From: Anaeramoeba ignava BMAN
Lineage: Eukaryota; Protista; Anaeramoebae
Assembly: GCA_028826165.1 (NCBI GenBank)
Contig: JAPDFW010000022.1
Coordinates: 690,758-754,757 of the forward strand
Length of the DNA stretch: 64,000 nucleotides
Direction: 5' to 3'
Shown: piece by piece, positions 1-11,828 of the stretch
Layout: the number at the start of each line of letters is the position of its first letter
How positions within the stretch are numbered: the stretch's first letter is position 1
Notes under the pieces: model-generated
What the model was told of the DNA's origin: nothing
The model's database searches: none
Seen by the model: only the letters and a program-made list of their open reading frames with translations
Program-made: the position numbers and the translations under genes

Positions 1-139
1 AAGTGAAAACAAAAAAAGTAGAAAGAAAAAGAATTGTCATTGAACGCCAAATAACATCATCTCCAACAAAATCAAGAAATTTAGGTGTTCCAATAAATTT
101 AAATACTTTTTTCCAAAATTTAGAGCATTTATTTTTCAT
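1..139 (-). CDS. 5' end of a membrane protein running off the window (possibly UNC-93/MFS-like)
   Basis: Minus-strand ATG at 139 opens MKNKCSKFWKKVFKFIGTPKFLDFVGDDVIWRSMTILFLSTFFVFT, ending in a hydrophobic segment. The family guess rests only on this first helix. Confidence 0.45.
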   Translation of the reverse strand, partial: MKNKCSKFWKKVFKFIGTPKFLDFVGDDVIWRSMTILFLSTFFVFT

Positions 140-715
140 TGTTTTGTTTTGTTTTGTTTTGTTTTGTTTTGTGTTTTTGAAATAAAAAGAAAGCTAAAAA
201 AAGAGATAAAGAGTGGTAAAAAAGTAAGAGAGAAAAAGAAAAAGTGAAAGAAAAAGTGAAAATGATTTTGATTTTCTAATTGAAAAAAAAAATTTTTATT
301 AATTTGGGAAGATCAAAGAAAAAAAGAAAAAAGTGGAAAGAAAAGTAAAATTGAATTAATTTAAATGATTAAATATTAATTAAATTATATTCTATTTTAG
401 ATTTAAATTGTTTTAAAAAGTAAAATTGAATTAATTTAAATGATTAAATATTAATTAAATTATATTTTATTTTAGATTTAAATTGTTTTAAAAAGTAAAA
501 TTGAATTAATTTAAATGATTAAATATTAATTAAATTATATTTTATTTTTGATTTAAATTGTTTTAAAAAGAAAAAAGTGGAAAGAATGAGTCAGAAAAAA
601 TAAAAATTATTTTTAATTATTTTTTTTTTAAATAAAAAAAATTTTTTTTTCATTTTTTCATTTTTCATTTTTTTTTCCCAAATTATAAAAAAAAAAATCA
701 ATTAAAAATAAAAAA

Positions 716-3700
716 ATGAAAATTATTTTATATTTCCTTTTTATGTTTCTCTTGTTGTTAAGATTATTAACAACAGCAGAACAAGAAAATGATGAACCAA
801 TTGAAGCAAAAGCAGATCCAATAATTGAAAATGATATTGTAGAAGATATAGGACATAAAACAGCACCAGGAAAAACTGAAATGTAAATATTTTTGATTTT
901 AATTTAATTTATTTTTTGAATTTTAATTTTTTAATTTTTTTATTTTTTATTTTTTAAAGAGATGAAGAAATTAGAAAACAAACACAACATTGGAGTCATG
1001 ATGAACAAGAATTAATCAAAGAAACTATGGAAAGTTTCAAATATCAAGCAGACACTGCAAAATTGATGGAATTAATTATTAACTCCATTTATTCAAATAA
1101 AGAAATTTTCTTAAGAGAGGTAATTTAATTTCAATTTCAATTTCAATTCAACTTAATTTAATTTTAATTTAATTCAATTTAATTTAATTTCAATTTAATT
1201 CAATTTAATTTAATTTCAATTTAATTCAATTCAACTTAATTTAAATTTAATTTAATTTCAATTTAATTTAATTTCAATTTAATTAATTTCAATTTCAATT
1301 TCAATTCAATTTAATTTCAATTTAATTTCAATCTAATTCAATTTAATTTAATTTCAATTTAATTTAATTTAATTTTAATCTAATTTAATTTCAATTTAAT
1401 TTCAATTTCAATTTAATTTCAATTTCAATTTAATTTCAATTTAATTTAATTTAATTTAATTTAATTTAATTATTTCAATTTAATTTAATCTAATTCAATT
1501 TAATTTTAATTTAATTTAAATTTTAATTTCAATTTAATTTAATTTAATTTCAATTTAATTTAATCTAATTCAATTTAATTTTAATCTAATTTAAATTTTA
1601 ATTTCAATTTAATTTAATTTAATTTCAATTTAATTTAATTCAATTTAATTTAATTTTAATTTAATTTCAATTTAATTTCAATTTAATTTCAATTTAATTT
1701 TAATTTAATTTCAATTTAATTTCAATTTAATTTCAATTTAATTTCAATTTAATCAATTTTAATTCAATTTTAATTTTAATTTTAATTTCAATTTAATTTC
1801 AATTTAATTTCAATTTAATTCAAATTTCAATTTAATTTCAATTTAATTTCAATTTAATTTCAATTTAATTTCAATTTAATTTCAATTTAATTTCAATTTA
1901 ATTTCAATTTAATTTCAATTTAATTTCAATTTAATTTAATTTCAATTTAATTTAATTCAATTTAATTTCAATTTAATTTCAATTTAATTTCAATTTAATT
2001 TAAATTTTAATTTCAATTTAATTTCAATTTAATTTCAATTTAATTTCAATTTAATTTCAATTTAATTTCAATTTAATTTCAATTTTATTTAATTCAATTT
2101 TAATTTAATTTAATTTCAATTTCATTCAATTTCATTTAATTTCATTTAATTCTATTTCAATCTAATTTCAATTTAATTTCAATTTAATTAATTTCAATTT
2201 AATTTCAATTTAATTTCAATTTAATTTCAATTCAATTTTAATCTAATTTAATCTAATTTAATCTAATTTAATTTTATTTCAATCTAATTTCAATTTAATC
2301 TAATTCAATTTAATTTTAATTCAATTTAATTTAATTTCAATTTAATTTAATTTCAATTTAATTTCAATTTAATTTAATCTAATTCAATTTAATTTTAATC
2401 TAATTTCAATTTAATTTAAATTTTAATTTAATTTCAATTTAATTCAATTTTATTTAATTTCAATTTAATCTAATTCAATTTAATTTTAATCTAATTTAAA
2501 TTTTAATTTCAATTTAATTTAAATTTTAATTTAATTTAATTTAATTTAGTTAATAAGTAATGCAAGTGATGCACTTCAAAAGATTCGTTTCCTTTCATTG
2601 TTAGATGCTTCAAAACTTGGATCAGATACTCTTGATGATTTAAAGATTAAAGTAAATAATTTGAAATTTAATTTTAATTTTATAAATGATTTTAATTTTA
2701 ATTTTAATTTTATAAATTTAATTTCAAAATGAATTTTAATTTCAAAATGAAATTTAATTTCAAAATGAAATTTAATTTCAAAATGAATTTTAATTTTATA
2801 AATGAATTTTAATTTTTTAAATTTAATTTTAATTTTAAATAGATTGCATTTGATTCAGAAAATAGATTGATAACTATTACTGATAATGGAATTGGAATGA
2901 CTAAAAACGATTTAGTAAACAATATAGGAAGAATTGCACAATCCGGATCTAAACAATTTCTCGACAAACTTCACGAAACAGGAGATCTTTCTGGAATCAT
3001 TGGACAATTTGGAGTAGGATTTTACTCCGTATTTTTAGTTTCTGATTCTGTAACAGTTATATCGAAACATAACGATGATCCAACTCAATGGATTTGGAGA
3101 AGTGATTTGAAAGGTGTAAACGAAACATCATACACAATCTCACCCGATCCGCGAGGAAACACACTCGGAAGAGGTACATCAATTGTCCTCCATATTTCAG
3201 AGGATTCGGAACTTGATCCGTTTCTTGATCAAGAGGAACTTACTGATCTTGTCATCAAATACTCTCAATTTATTGATTTCCCAATTTATATGTATAAGTA
3301 TGTTTGGGAAAATGTTCCAATAGAAAAAAAGCCAGAAAATGATGAAAAACAACCTGAAAAAGAACCTGAAAATGAACCAGTTACTGATTTCGAGATTGAA
3401 GAAGATGAGCCAGAAAATTTGGATCAAGATGAAAAAATTGATGAACCAGAAACTGAAAGAATTCAAATGTGGAAATGGGTTATGATGAATCCACAAAAGC
3501 CTATTTGGATCAGAAATTCAAAGGATATTTCCCCTGATGAATACAATTCTTTCTTTAAAATGCTTTCTAAAAAAACTGAGGATCCTATGACTTATATTCA
3601 TTTTTCGGCTGAAGGTGAAGCTGAATTTAGAAGTATTTTGTATGTTCCTGGTTCTCTTCCTTTTGGTTCAGTTGAACAAGCAATGCCTCATAATAATAAA

Positions 3701-5381
3701 ATTAAACTTTATGTTAAGAGAGTTTTTATCACAGGTTTGTTTATTAAATCAAATTAAAATTAAAATTAAAATTAAAATTAAAATTAAAATTAAAATTCAA
3801 ATTAAAATTAAAATCTAAATTAAAATTAAATTTAAAATTAAAATTAAAATCTAAATTAAAATAAAAATAAAAATTAAAATTCAAATTAAAAATTGAAATT
3901 AAAATTAAATTTAAAATTAAAATTAAAAATTAAAATTAAAATTAATATTTAAATTAAAATTAAAATTAAAATTAAAATTAAAATTAAAATCTAAATTAAA
4001 ATTAAAATTAAAATTAAAATTAAAATTAAAATTAAAATTAAAATTTATAAAATTAAAATTAAAATTAAAATTAAAATTAAAATTAAAATTCAAATTAAAA
4101 TTGAAAATTAAAATTCAAATTAAAATTGAAAATTAAAATTCAAATTAAAATTAAAATAAATTCAAATAATTTTCTTCTAAAAAGATAATTTCCTTGATGA
4201 ACTCCTTCCTACATATCTCTCATTTATAATGGGTGTTGTTGATTCCGATAATCTTCCATTAAATCTTTCCAGAGAAATGCTTCAAAAACATCGTCTACTC
4301 AAACTTATGAAAAACAAATTAACAAGAAAATGCTTAGAAATGATTCGTAAAATTTTCCAAGAAGATGATGATGTGAAAAAATCAAGATTTTGGAGTGAAT
4401 TTGGAACATATATTAAAGGAGGAATTATCGAAGAAAAAAGACCACCTTTCCAGAACAAACTTATTGATTTAGTTCGATTTTATTCATCAAAAAGTGAAGA
4501 CAAAATGGTAACACTTAAAGAATATGCCGAAAACATGAAAGAAGATCAAAAAGCAATTTATTATATTGGAGGTTCTCGAAAAGAAGTAGTTGCGCAATCA
4601 CCTCATATTGAAAGACTCAAAGAAATGGATTACGAAGTTCTTTATTTAATTGATCCAATTGATGAATATTGTGTTCTTGCAATAGATAAATATAACGGAA
4701 CACGTTTTGTTGATGCTTCAAAAGAATCTTTATTTGCATCTGATGAAGAAAATAAAATTATTGAGGAACTTGAAGAAGAATATGAAGATTTGATTAGTTG
4801 GTTTAAAATGATAATTCTTGATAAAGTCGATAGAGTAACAATTTCAAGAAGATTGAAATCATCACCTTGTGTTATTTCTTCTAAAGATTATGGGTATTTT
4901 AAAATGAAAACAAAATTTTTATTTTATTTCATTTCATTTCATGTTTTTGAACAAAAATTTATCTTTTTTTTTCTTTTCTTTATAAAGTGTTTCAGCAAAT
5001 TTGGAAAGAATTTTAAAAGCTCAACCTTTGAATCAACAACAAATGGATATGCTTATTAACTTATATAAAAAAACTTTTGAAATCAATCCAAATCATCCTA
5101 TTATTAAAAATTTACATTCAAGAATTAAAGAGAATCAACTTGATGCAAAAACACTTGAAATGGGAAAGCTTCTTTATGAAACAGCATTAGTTTCTTCTGG
5201 TTATCAATCAACAGATACTCCAGAATATACAAATAGAGTATTTAAAATTTTAGGTTTCAGTTTAGGAGTTGAAGAAAATGAAGTTGAATTTGAAGTTGAA
5301 GAAGAACAAGAAGAACAAGAAGATGAAGTTGAATTTGAAGAACAAGAAGAAATTGAAAAACCAGATAAAAAAGAACTTTAA
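716..5381 (+). CDS. HSP90B1: ER HSP90 (endoplasmin/GRP94), 6 exons
   Basis: Signal peptide [21 protein letters not shown]; [10 protein letters not shown]|[41 protein letters not shown] and EINPNHP motifs; C-terminal KKEL (KDEL-like). GT-AG introns 883-959, 1120-2549, 2652-2842, 3735-4184 and 4894-4987 all restore the frame. Confidence 0.96.
1120..2549 (+). repeat. Intronic degenerate (AATTT/AATTTC)n microsatellite filling a 1.43-kb intron
   Basis: Alternating 5- and 6-mer units AATTT and AATTTC, essentially G-free between the GT donor and AG acceptor. Confidence 0.9.
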
Positions 5382-5546
5382 AACAAATTAATTTCCTTTT
5401 TTCTTTCTTTCTTTCTTTCTTTTTCTTTCTTTTCTTTCTTTTTTTCAAAATCCAAAAACTCACAAAAGATTAAAAAACACAAATTAATTCATCAAAATTC
5501 AAAAATTTGTTTTGTTTTTGTTCATTTAAATTTTATCTATTTATTT

Positions 5547-7637
5547 TTAATTATTTGATATTTCTTTAATTTTATTAATTTTTTTTCTAATTTCATTATC
5601 AATTTCTTCAAGTTTTTTTTTTTTAATTTCATATTCTGCTTTAACTTTTTCATATTTCGGAGCAAACATTCTCTTTTTAAAATTAAAAAAATTAAAAAAT
5701 TAAAAATTAAAAAAATTATATTATTTTAATAAAAAAATACTTTGAGATATGGATTTGGTATTGAACCAATTTTTTTTTGAATTTCTTCAAGATCTTTTTC
5801 TAAAGTTTGAATTTCTTGTTCGAGTGTTTGCTTTTCAAGAATAATTTGTTCATCAATTTCTATAAGAAGAAAATTAAAAAAAAAAAATAAGGAATAAAAA
5901 GATAAAAATTTGTTTTGTTTTTGGAATATTATTTACCTGCTTCAATTTCCATTGCAGTTTCTTCTTGAATTTCATTTTTAATTTCATTTTTAATTTGATT
6001 TTGAATTTGATTTTGAATTTGATTTTGATTTTGATTTTGAATTTCATTTTGAATTTGAATTTGATTTTGAATTTGATTTTGAATTTGATTTTGATTTTGA
6101 TTTTGAATTTGAATTTGATTTTGAATTTGGATTTGATTTTGAATTTCATTTTGATTTTGAATTTGATTTTGATTTTGATTTTGATTTTGAATTTCTTTTT
6201 GATTTTCATTTTGAATATTTTGATTTTGAATTTGATTTTGATTTTGATTTTGAATATTTTGATTTTGAATATTTTCAATTTGAATTTCTTTTTGAATTTG
6301 AATTTGAATTTGATTTTCATTTTGAATTTCTTTTTGAATTTGATTTTGAATTTGAATTTGATTTTGAATTTTAAGTGGAATTCGATTTTGATTTTGAATA
6401 TTTTGATTTTGAATATTTTGATTTTGAATATTTTCATTTTGAATATTTTGATTTTGATTTTCATTTTGAATTTGATTTTGAATATTTTGATTTTGAATAT
6501 TTTGAATTTGATTTTCATTTTGAATTTGATTTTCATTTTGAATTTGATTTTCATTTTGATTTTCATTTTGAATTTGAATTTGATTTTGAATATTTTGAAT
6601 TTGATTTTGATTTTGATTTTGAACAAGAGTTAAATTTTGGTTTCTTGGAATTGCAAGTTCTTTTTCTTCAAAATCGAAATCTAAAGGAGTTTAATAAAAA
6701 TAATTTAAATAATAAATTTAATAATAAATTTAATAATAAATATAATAATAAATTAAATAATAAATTAAATAATAAATATAATAATAAATTAAATAATAAA
6801 TTAAATAATAAATTAAATAATAAATTTAATAATAATTTTAATAATAAATTTAATAATAAATTTAATAATAAATTTAATAATAAATTTAATAATAAATTTA
6901 ATAATAAATTAAATAATAAATTAAATAATAAATTTAATAATAAATTAAATAATAAATTAAATAATAAATTAAATAATAAATATAATAATTAATTTAATAA
7001 TAAATTAAATAATAAATTAAATAATAAATTAAATAATAAATTAAATAATAAATTAAATAATAAATTTAATAATAAATTTAATAATAAATTTAATAATTAA
7101 TTTAATAATAAATTTAATAATTAATTTTAAATAAAACCAACTTTCAAAAGTATTTATGCCAGTTCTATTTTTATGTTTAAGTAATATAGATTCACCAAGA
7201 CCCAAATCATCTAAAGATAATTGATTAAGAGCATCAATCCTAGTTTGAGAGATATTTTTAGTAGGATAAGTGATACCACTATTAAGTTGGAATCTTGAAG
7301 GAGAACGAGGACGAAGAGAATGAGGAATTGTAGTCATATCACGTGATTTTTCAACTAAATTCTCTATTTCCTCACCTCTTGGTTCAACAATCGCTATTTG
7401 CGAAATGTCCCCGCTTTTAAACAATACATAATTTTCCCATGTTTTTTGTGATTCAATGAAAGTTGGTAAATCAAATATTATTCCTGGTTTTTCATATTCT
7501 CCCATTTTAAATACAAAATTTCGATCGTTTGCAAACATCATTCCTACATCTTCTAATTCATCATTTTCATTTCTAAGTCTTCTTCTTAATATTTCTGCTT
7601 GATTTTCTGGTAAACGTAAAATAAATTGTTCTTCCAT
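5547..7637 (-). CDS. TAF7: TFIID subunit 7 (TAF7/TAFII55) with an N/Q-rich insert, about 4 exons
   Basis: N-terminal MEEQFILRLP...DLPTFIESQKT...FKSGDISQI...SGITYP matches the TAFII55 N domain. Downstream exons give an NQ repeat, then a coiled coil ending NPYLK|RMFAPKY...SNN-stop. The first donor position is ambiguous. Confidence 0.85.
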
Positions 7638-7979
7638 TTAAAATTTAAAAAAATGAAAAATGAAAAAATGAAAAATGAAAATTAAAAAAAAAAAATAATT
7701 AAAAAAAAAGGAGAAAAAAAATAAAAAACAAAAAGGAGAAAAAAAAATAAAAATTTGCGTCATTTATAATAAAAATTTGTATTTTAAAAATCATTTTTTT
7801 TCTTTTTATTTTTATTTTTTTATTTTTTTCCTTATTTCTTTTTTTTTGTGTGTAGAAAAACAAAAACAAAAACAAAAACAAAAACAAATTTTGTTTAAAT
7901 TCGATCAACAAACTTTTTTTTCTTAAATTTTTTTTTCAATAATCAAAAGAAAAAAAAAATATTTTCTAAAAACAATCAA

Positions 7980-10900
7980 ATGGAAAAGAAAATAGAAAAT
8001 AAAACAGATCCAAATGAAATGATATTAGAAACAAAATGGGTTTTTTGGTTTGATGAAGGTAAAAAAAAAAAGAAAAAAAAAAAAAAAAACGGAAAGAAAA
8101 AAAGAAAAAAAAAAAACGGAAATTTATTGAATAAATTTAAATTCAATTTTCAATTATAAATTGCAATAATTACAGGACAGCCAATTGGAACTGACTGTAA
8201 TAATTATCGTGAAAGTTTAGAAAAACTTGGAGAATGTGGATCTGTTCAAAGTTTCTGGGCATATCATTCCAAAATTAATGTGAATACTCTTCCAGATCGA
8301 ACAAAAGTTCTTTTTTTTCGTGAAGGAATTCAAGCTATTTGGGAAGATGATGCTAATAAAAATGGTGGGAAATTTGTCATAAAACAATTCCCTTTTGATG
8401 ACACCAATTCTATTTGGACTAATCTTTTGCTTGAATGTATTGGTGAACAATTTATTGATTCTGATCAAATTGTATTTTTACATTTGATTTAATTTTAATA
8501 TTAATTTAAATTTTCATTTTAATTTTAATTTTAATTTTAATTTTAATTTTATTAATAATTTTGATTTTGATTTTATAAATTAATTTTATTAATAATTTTG
8601 ATTTTGATTTTAATTTTAATTTTAATTTTAATTTTATAAATTAATTTTAATATTAATTTTAATTTTAATTTTAATTTTAATTTTAATTTTAATTTTAATT
8701 TTAATTTTAATATAAATTTTAATTTTAATTTTAATTTTAATTTTAATTTTAATTTTAATTTTAATTTTAATTTTAATTTTAATTTTAATTTTAATTTTAA
8801 TTTTAATTTTATTAATAATTTTAATATTAATTTTAATATTAATTTTAATTTTTAATATAAATTTAAATTTTAATTTTAATTTTAATTTTAATTTTAATTT
8901 TAATTTTAATTTTAATTTTAATTTTAATTTTAATTTTAATTTTAATTTTAATTTTAATTTTAATTTTAATTTTAATTTTTAATTTTAATTTTAATTTTAA
9001 TTTTAATTTTAATTTTAATTTTAATTTTCATTTTAATTTTATAAATGAATTTTAATTTTATTAATAATTTTGATTTTGATTTTATAATTTTAATTTTAAT
9101 TTTAATTTTAATTTTAATTTTAATTTTAATTTTGATTTTAAATTTAATATTAATTATAATTATAATTTTATTAATAATTTTAATTTTAATTTTAATTTTA
9201 ATTTTATAAATGAATTTTAATTTTAATTTTAATTTTAATTTTAATTTTAATTTAAATTTTAATTTTAATATTAATTTTAATTTTAATTTTAATTTAATTT
9301 TAAATTTAATATTAATATTAATTTTAATTTTAAACTTAAAAAAAAGTGTGGAGTTGTTTTATCTTTTCGTAAACAATCAAATATTATTTCTGTTTGGAAT
9401 CGTGACAAAACTAAAAATATTGATCAAACTATGAAAAGAATTCGAGATATAGTTGGAGAAAAACCAATTATAGAATACATACCACATGATATCAGAAAAG
9501 AAAATTTAATGATGATTATGCAAAAAGTTCCACAAATTCAAAGAAGACATTCATTAAATACAAGAACAGCAAATTTAATTTATGAAGATCTTCCTCAAAG
9601 AAAAAATCCTTCTTTAAATTCTCCACAAAATGGAAAAAATTTTAAAAAGAACAATCAAAAAAAAAATTCAAACCATAATAATTTTTTTAACCAAAAAACA
9701 AAAAGCAAAAGTAGTAATAATATTCATCAAAATTTTTTAGATGACAAAAAAAGAAACAATTTTAATCAGTTAAATAGAAATAACAATAACAATAACAATA
9801 ACAATAATAAATCTCCAAAAAAAAATAATGAGAATAAAAATCCATCTTCAATTAACTTAAATCCAAATTCAAACAAAAAGAAAAAAAAAAGAAATAAAAA
9901 AAAGAAAAATCAAAATCAAAATCAAAATCAAAATCAAAATCAAAATCAAAATCAAAATCAAAATCAAAATGAAACTAAAAATGAAACTAAAAATGAAACT
10001 GAAAATGAAAATGAAACTAAAAATGAAACTAAAAATGAAACTAAAAATGAAACTAAAAATGAAACTAAAAATGAAACTGAAAATCAGATTAAAAATGAAA
10101 ATCAAAATGAAACTAAAAATGAAATTAAAAATGAAATTAAAAATGAAATTAAAAATGAAACTAAAAATGAAACTAAAAATGAAATTAAAAATGAAACTAA
10201 AAATGAAAATCAAAATGAAATTAAAAATGAAACTAAAAATGAAATTAAAAATGAAATTAAAAATCAAAATAACAATCAAAATAACAATCCAAATTCAAAC
10301 AATCGAAATCAAAATTCAAACAAAAAGAAAAAGAAAAGAAATAACAAAAAGAAAAAGAAATACCGAAATTCAAATTTAAATAAAAACAAAATTCAAAACA
10401 AAAATAAAATCGAGATTAAAAATGAAATTGAAAATGAAACTAAAAATGAAATTAAAAATGAAATTAAAAATGAAATTAAAATTGAAAATGAAATTAAAAA
10501 TGAAATTAAAAATGAAATTAAAAATGAAACTAAAAATGAAACTAAAAACAAAAATGAAACTAAAAATGAAAATGAAACTAAAAATGAAAATGAAAATGAA
10601 ATTCAAAACAAAAATGAAATTAAAAATGAAACTAAAATTAAAAATGAAATTGAAATTGAAATTGAAAATGAAACTAAAAATGAAAATGAAAATGAAATTG
10701 AAAATGAAACTAAAAATGAAAATGAAATTGAAAATGAAACTAAAAATGAAACAAATGAAAATGAAACTAAAAATGAAATTAAAAATGAAACTAAAAATGA
10801 AAATGAAACTAAAAATCAAATTAAAAATGAAACTAAAAATGAAAATGAATCTAAAAATGAAATTAAAAATGAAACTAAAAACAAAAATGAAACTAAAAAT

Positions 10901-11517
10901 GAAACTAAAAATGAAACTAAAAATCAAATTAAAAATGAAATTCAAAACAAAAATGAAACTAAAAATGAAACTAAAAATGAAACTAAAAATGAAATTGAAA
11001 TTGAAAATGAAAATCTAAATCAAAAACTAAAAATGAAATTCAAAATGAAATTCAAAATCAAAATGAAAATGAAACTAAAAATCAAAATCAAAATCAAAAT
11101 CAAATTCAAAATCAAAATCAAAATCAAATTCAAAATCAAAATCAAAATCAAAATCAAATCCAAATTCAAAAAGATACAACTGAAATTAATCAAAATTCAT
11201 TAAAAAGTAAATCTACAAGTTTTATTAATAATTTAGAAAAACAAAAATCACAAGATGACATTAAACAAACCAAATTCAGAAAGAAAAAGATGAAAAAATC
11301 AAGTTCAAAACCAGAAAAAATTCGATCTTTTTCAGAAAAACAAAATTTTGATAAAAATCAAAACAAAAGAAACAGAAACAAAAACAAAAACAAAAACAAA
11401 AACAGAAACAGAACTAAAACCAATAAAGATATTGCTTTAATTTCTAAAATTGGAATAGGAATTGCTTTAATTGCATTTTTATTATTGATTTCAATGTTCG
11501 TTTCTATTCATCTTTAA
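7980..11517 (+). CDS. eIF4E-family cap-binding protein with a long N/E/K/T repeat stalk and a predicted C-terminal transmembrane helix (1-nt frameshift near 11021-11027)
   Basis: KWVFWFD, VQSFW, FREGIQAIWEDDANKNGGKF, WTNLLLECIGEQF and CGVVLSFR...ISVWN are eIF4E hallmarks. Introns near 8059-8176 and at 8472-9346. After the frameshift the reading continues to IGIGIALIAFLLLISMFVSIHL-stop. Confidence 0.85.
9908..11160 (+). repeat. Coding minisatellite, AAAAATGAAA(C/T)T 12-mers (KNET/KNEI) flanked by (CAAAAT)n NQ runs
   Basis: Directly visible tandem units inside the eIF4E ORF. Confidence 0.9.
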
Positions 11518-11828
11518 CAAATAACTTTTAAGCGAAAAAAGAGAAAATTATCTTTCAAATTTTTTAAACGTTTTTTTTTTGTTGATAAAAAAAAATTCTT
11601 GAGAAAATTTAATTCTTTTTTTCAAGATTCTTTCTTTTCTTTTCTTTTCTTTCTTTCTTTCTTTCTTTTTTTCTTTTCAAAAAGAGGAAAAATAAAAATT
11701 CTTCTTTTTCTTTTCAAGATTAAAAATTTTTTAATTTCATTTTTTTTTAATTTCATTTTTTTCTTTTTGTTATTTTTATTTTTATTTCCTTTTCTCTTTT
11801 TTTTTTTTTTTTTTGGTTTACTTTTAAA

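Noticed and set aside
3-185. Plus-strand 60-aa ORF at the window start
   Set aside because: It has a GTG start and a (TTTTG)n tail; the minus-strand frame from ATG 139 is more protein-like.
5874-6992. Long ORFs of KIKIKF, NLILIL and FDFDF type (also 9869-11018, 24030-25522, 30133-30645, 48005-48568, 53669-54492, 62255-62674)
   Set aside because: They are alternative-frame or antisense readings of stop-free microsatellites overlapping real exons or introns, with no protein-like complexity.
11021-11027. Programmed ribosomal frameshifting or pseudogenisation as the explanation for the three frame breaks (eIF4E, RPB2 34966-34971, PP2C 49494-49500)
   Set aside because: All three are single-base events in homopolymer or microsatellite runs, with intact coding on both sides and no shared slippery signal. 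Sequencing error is more parsimonious, pending read checks.
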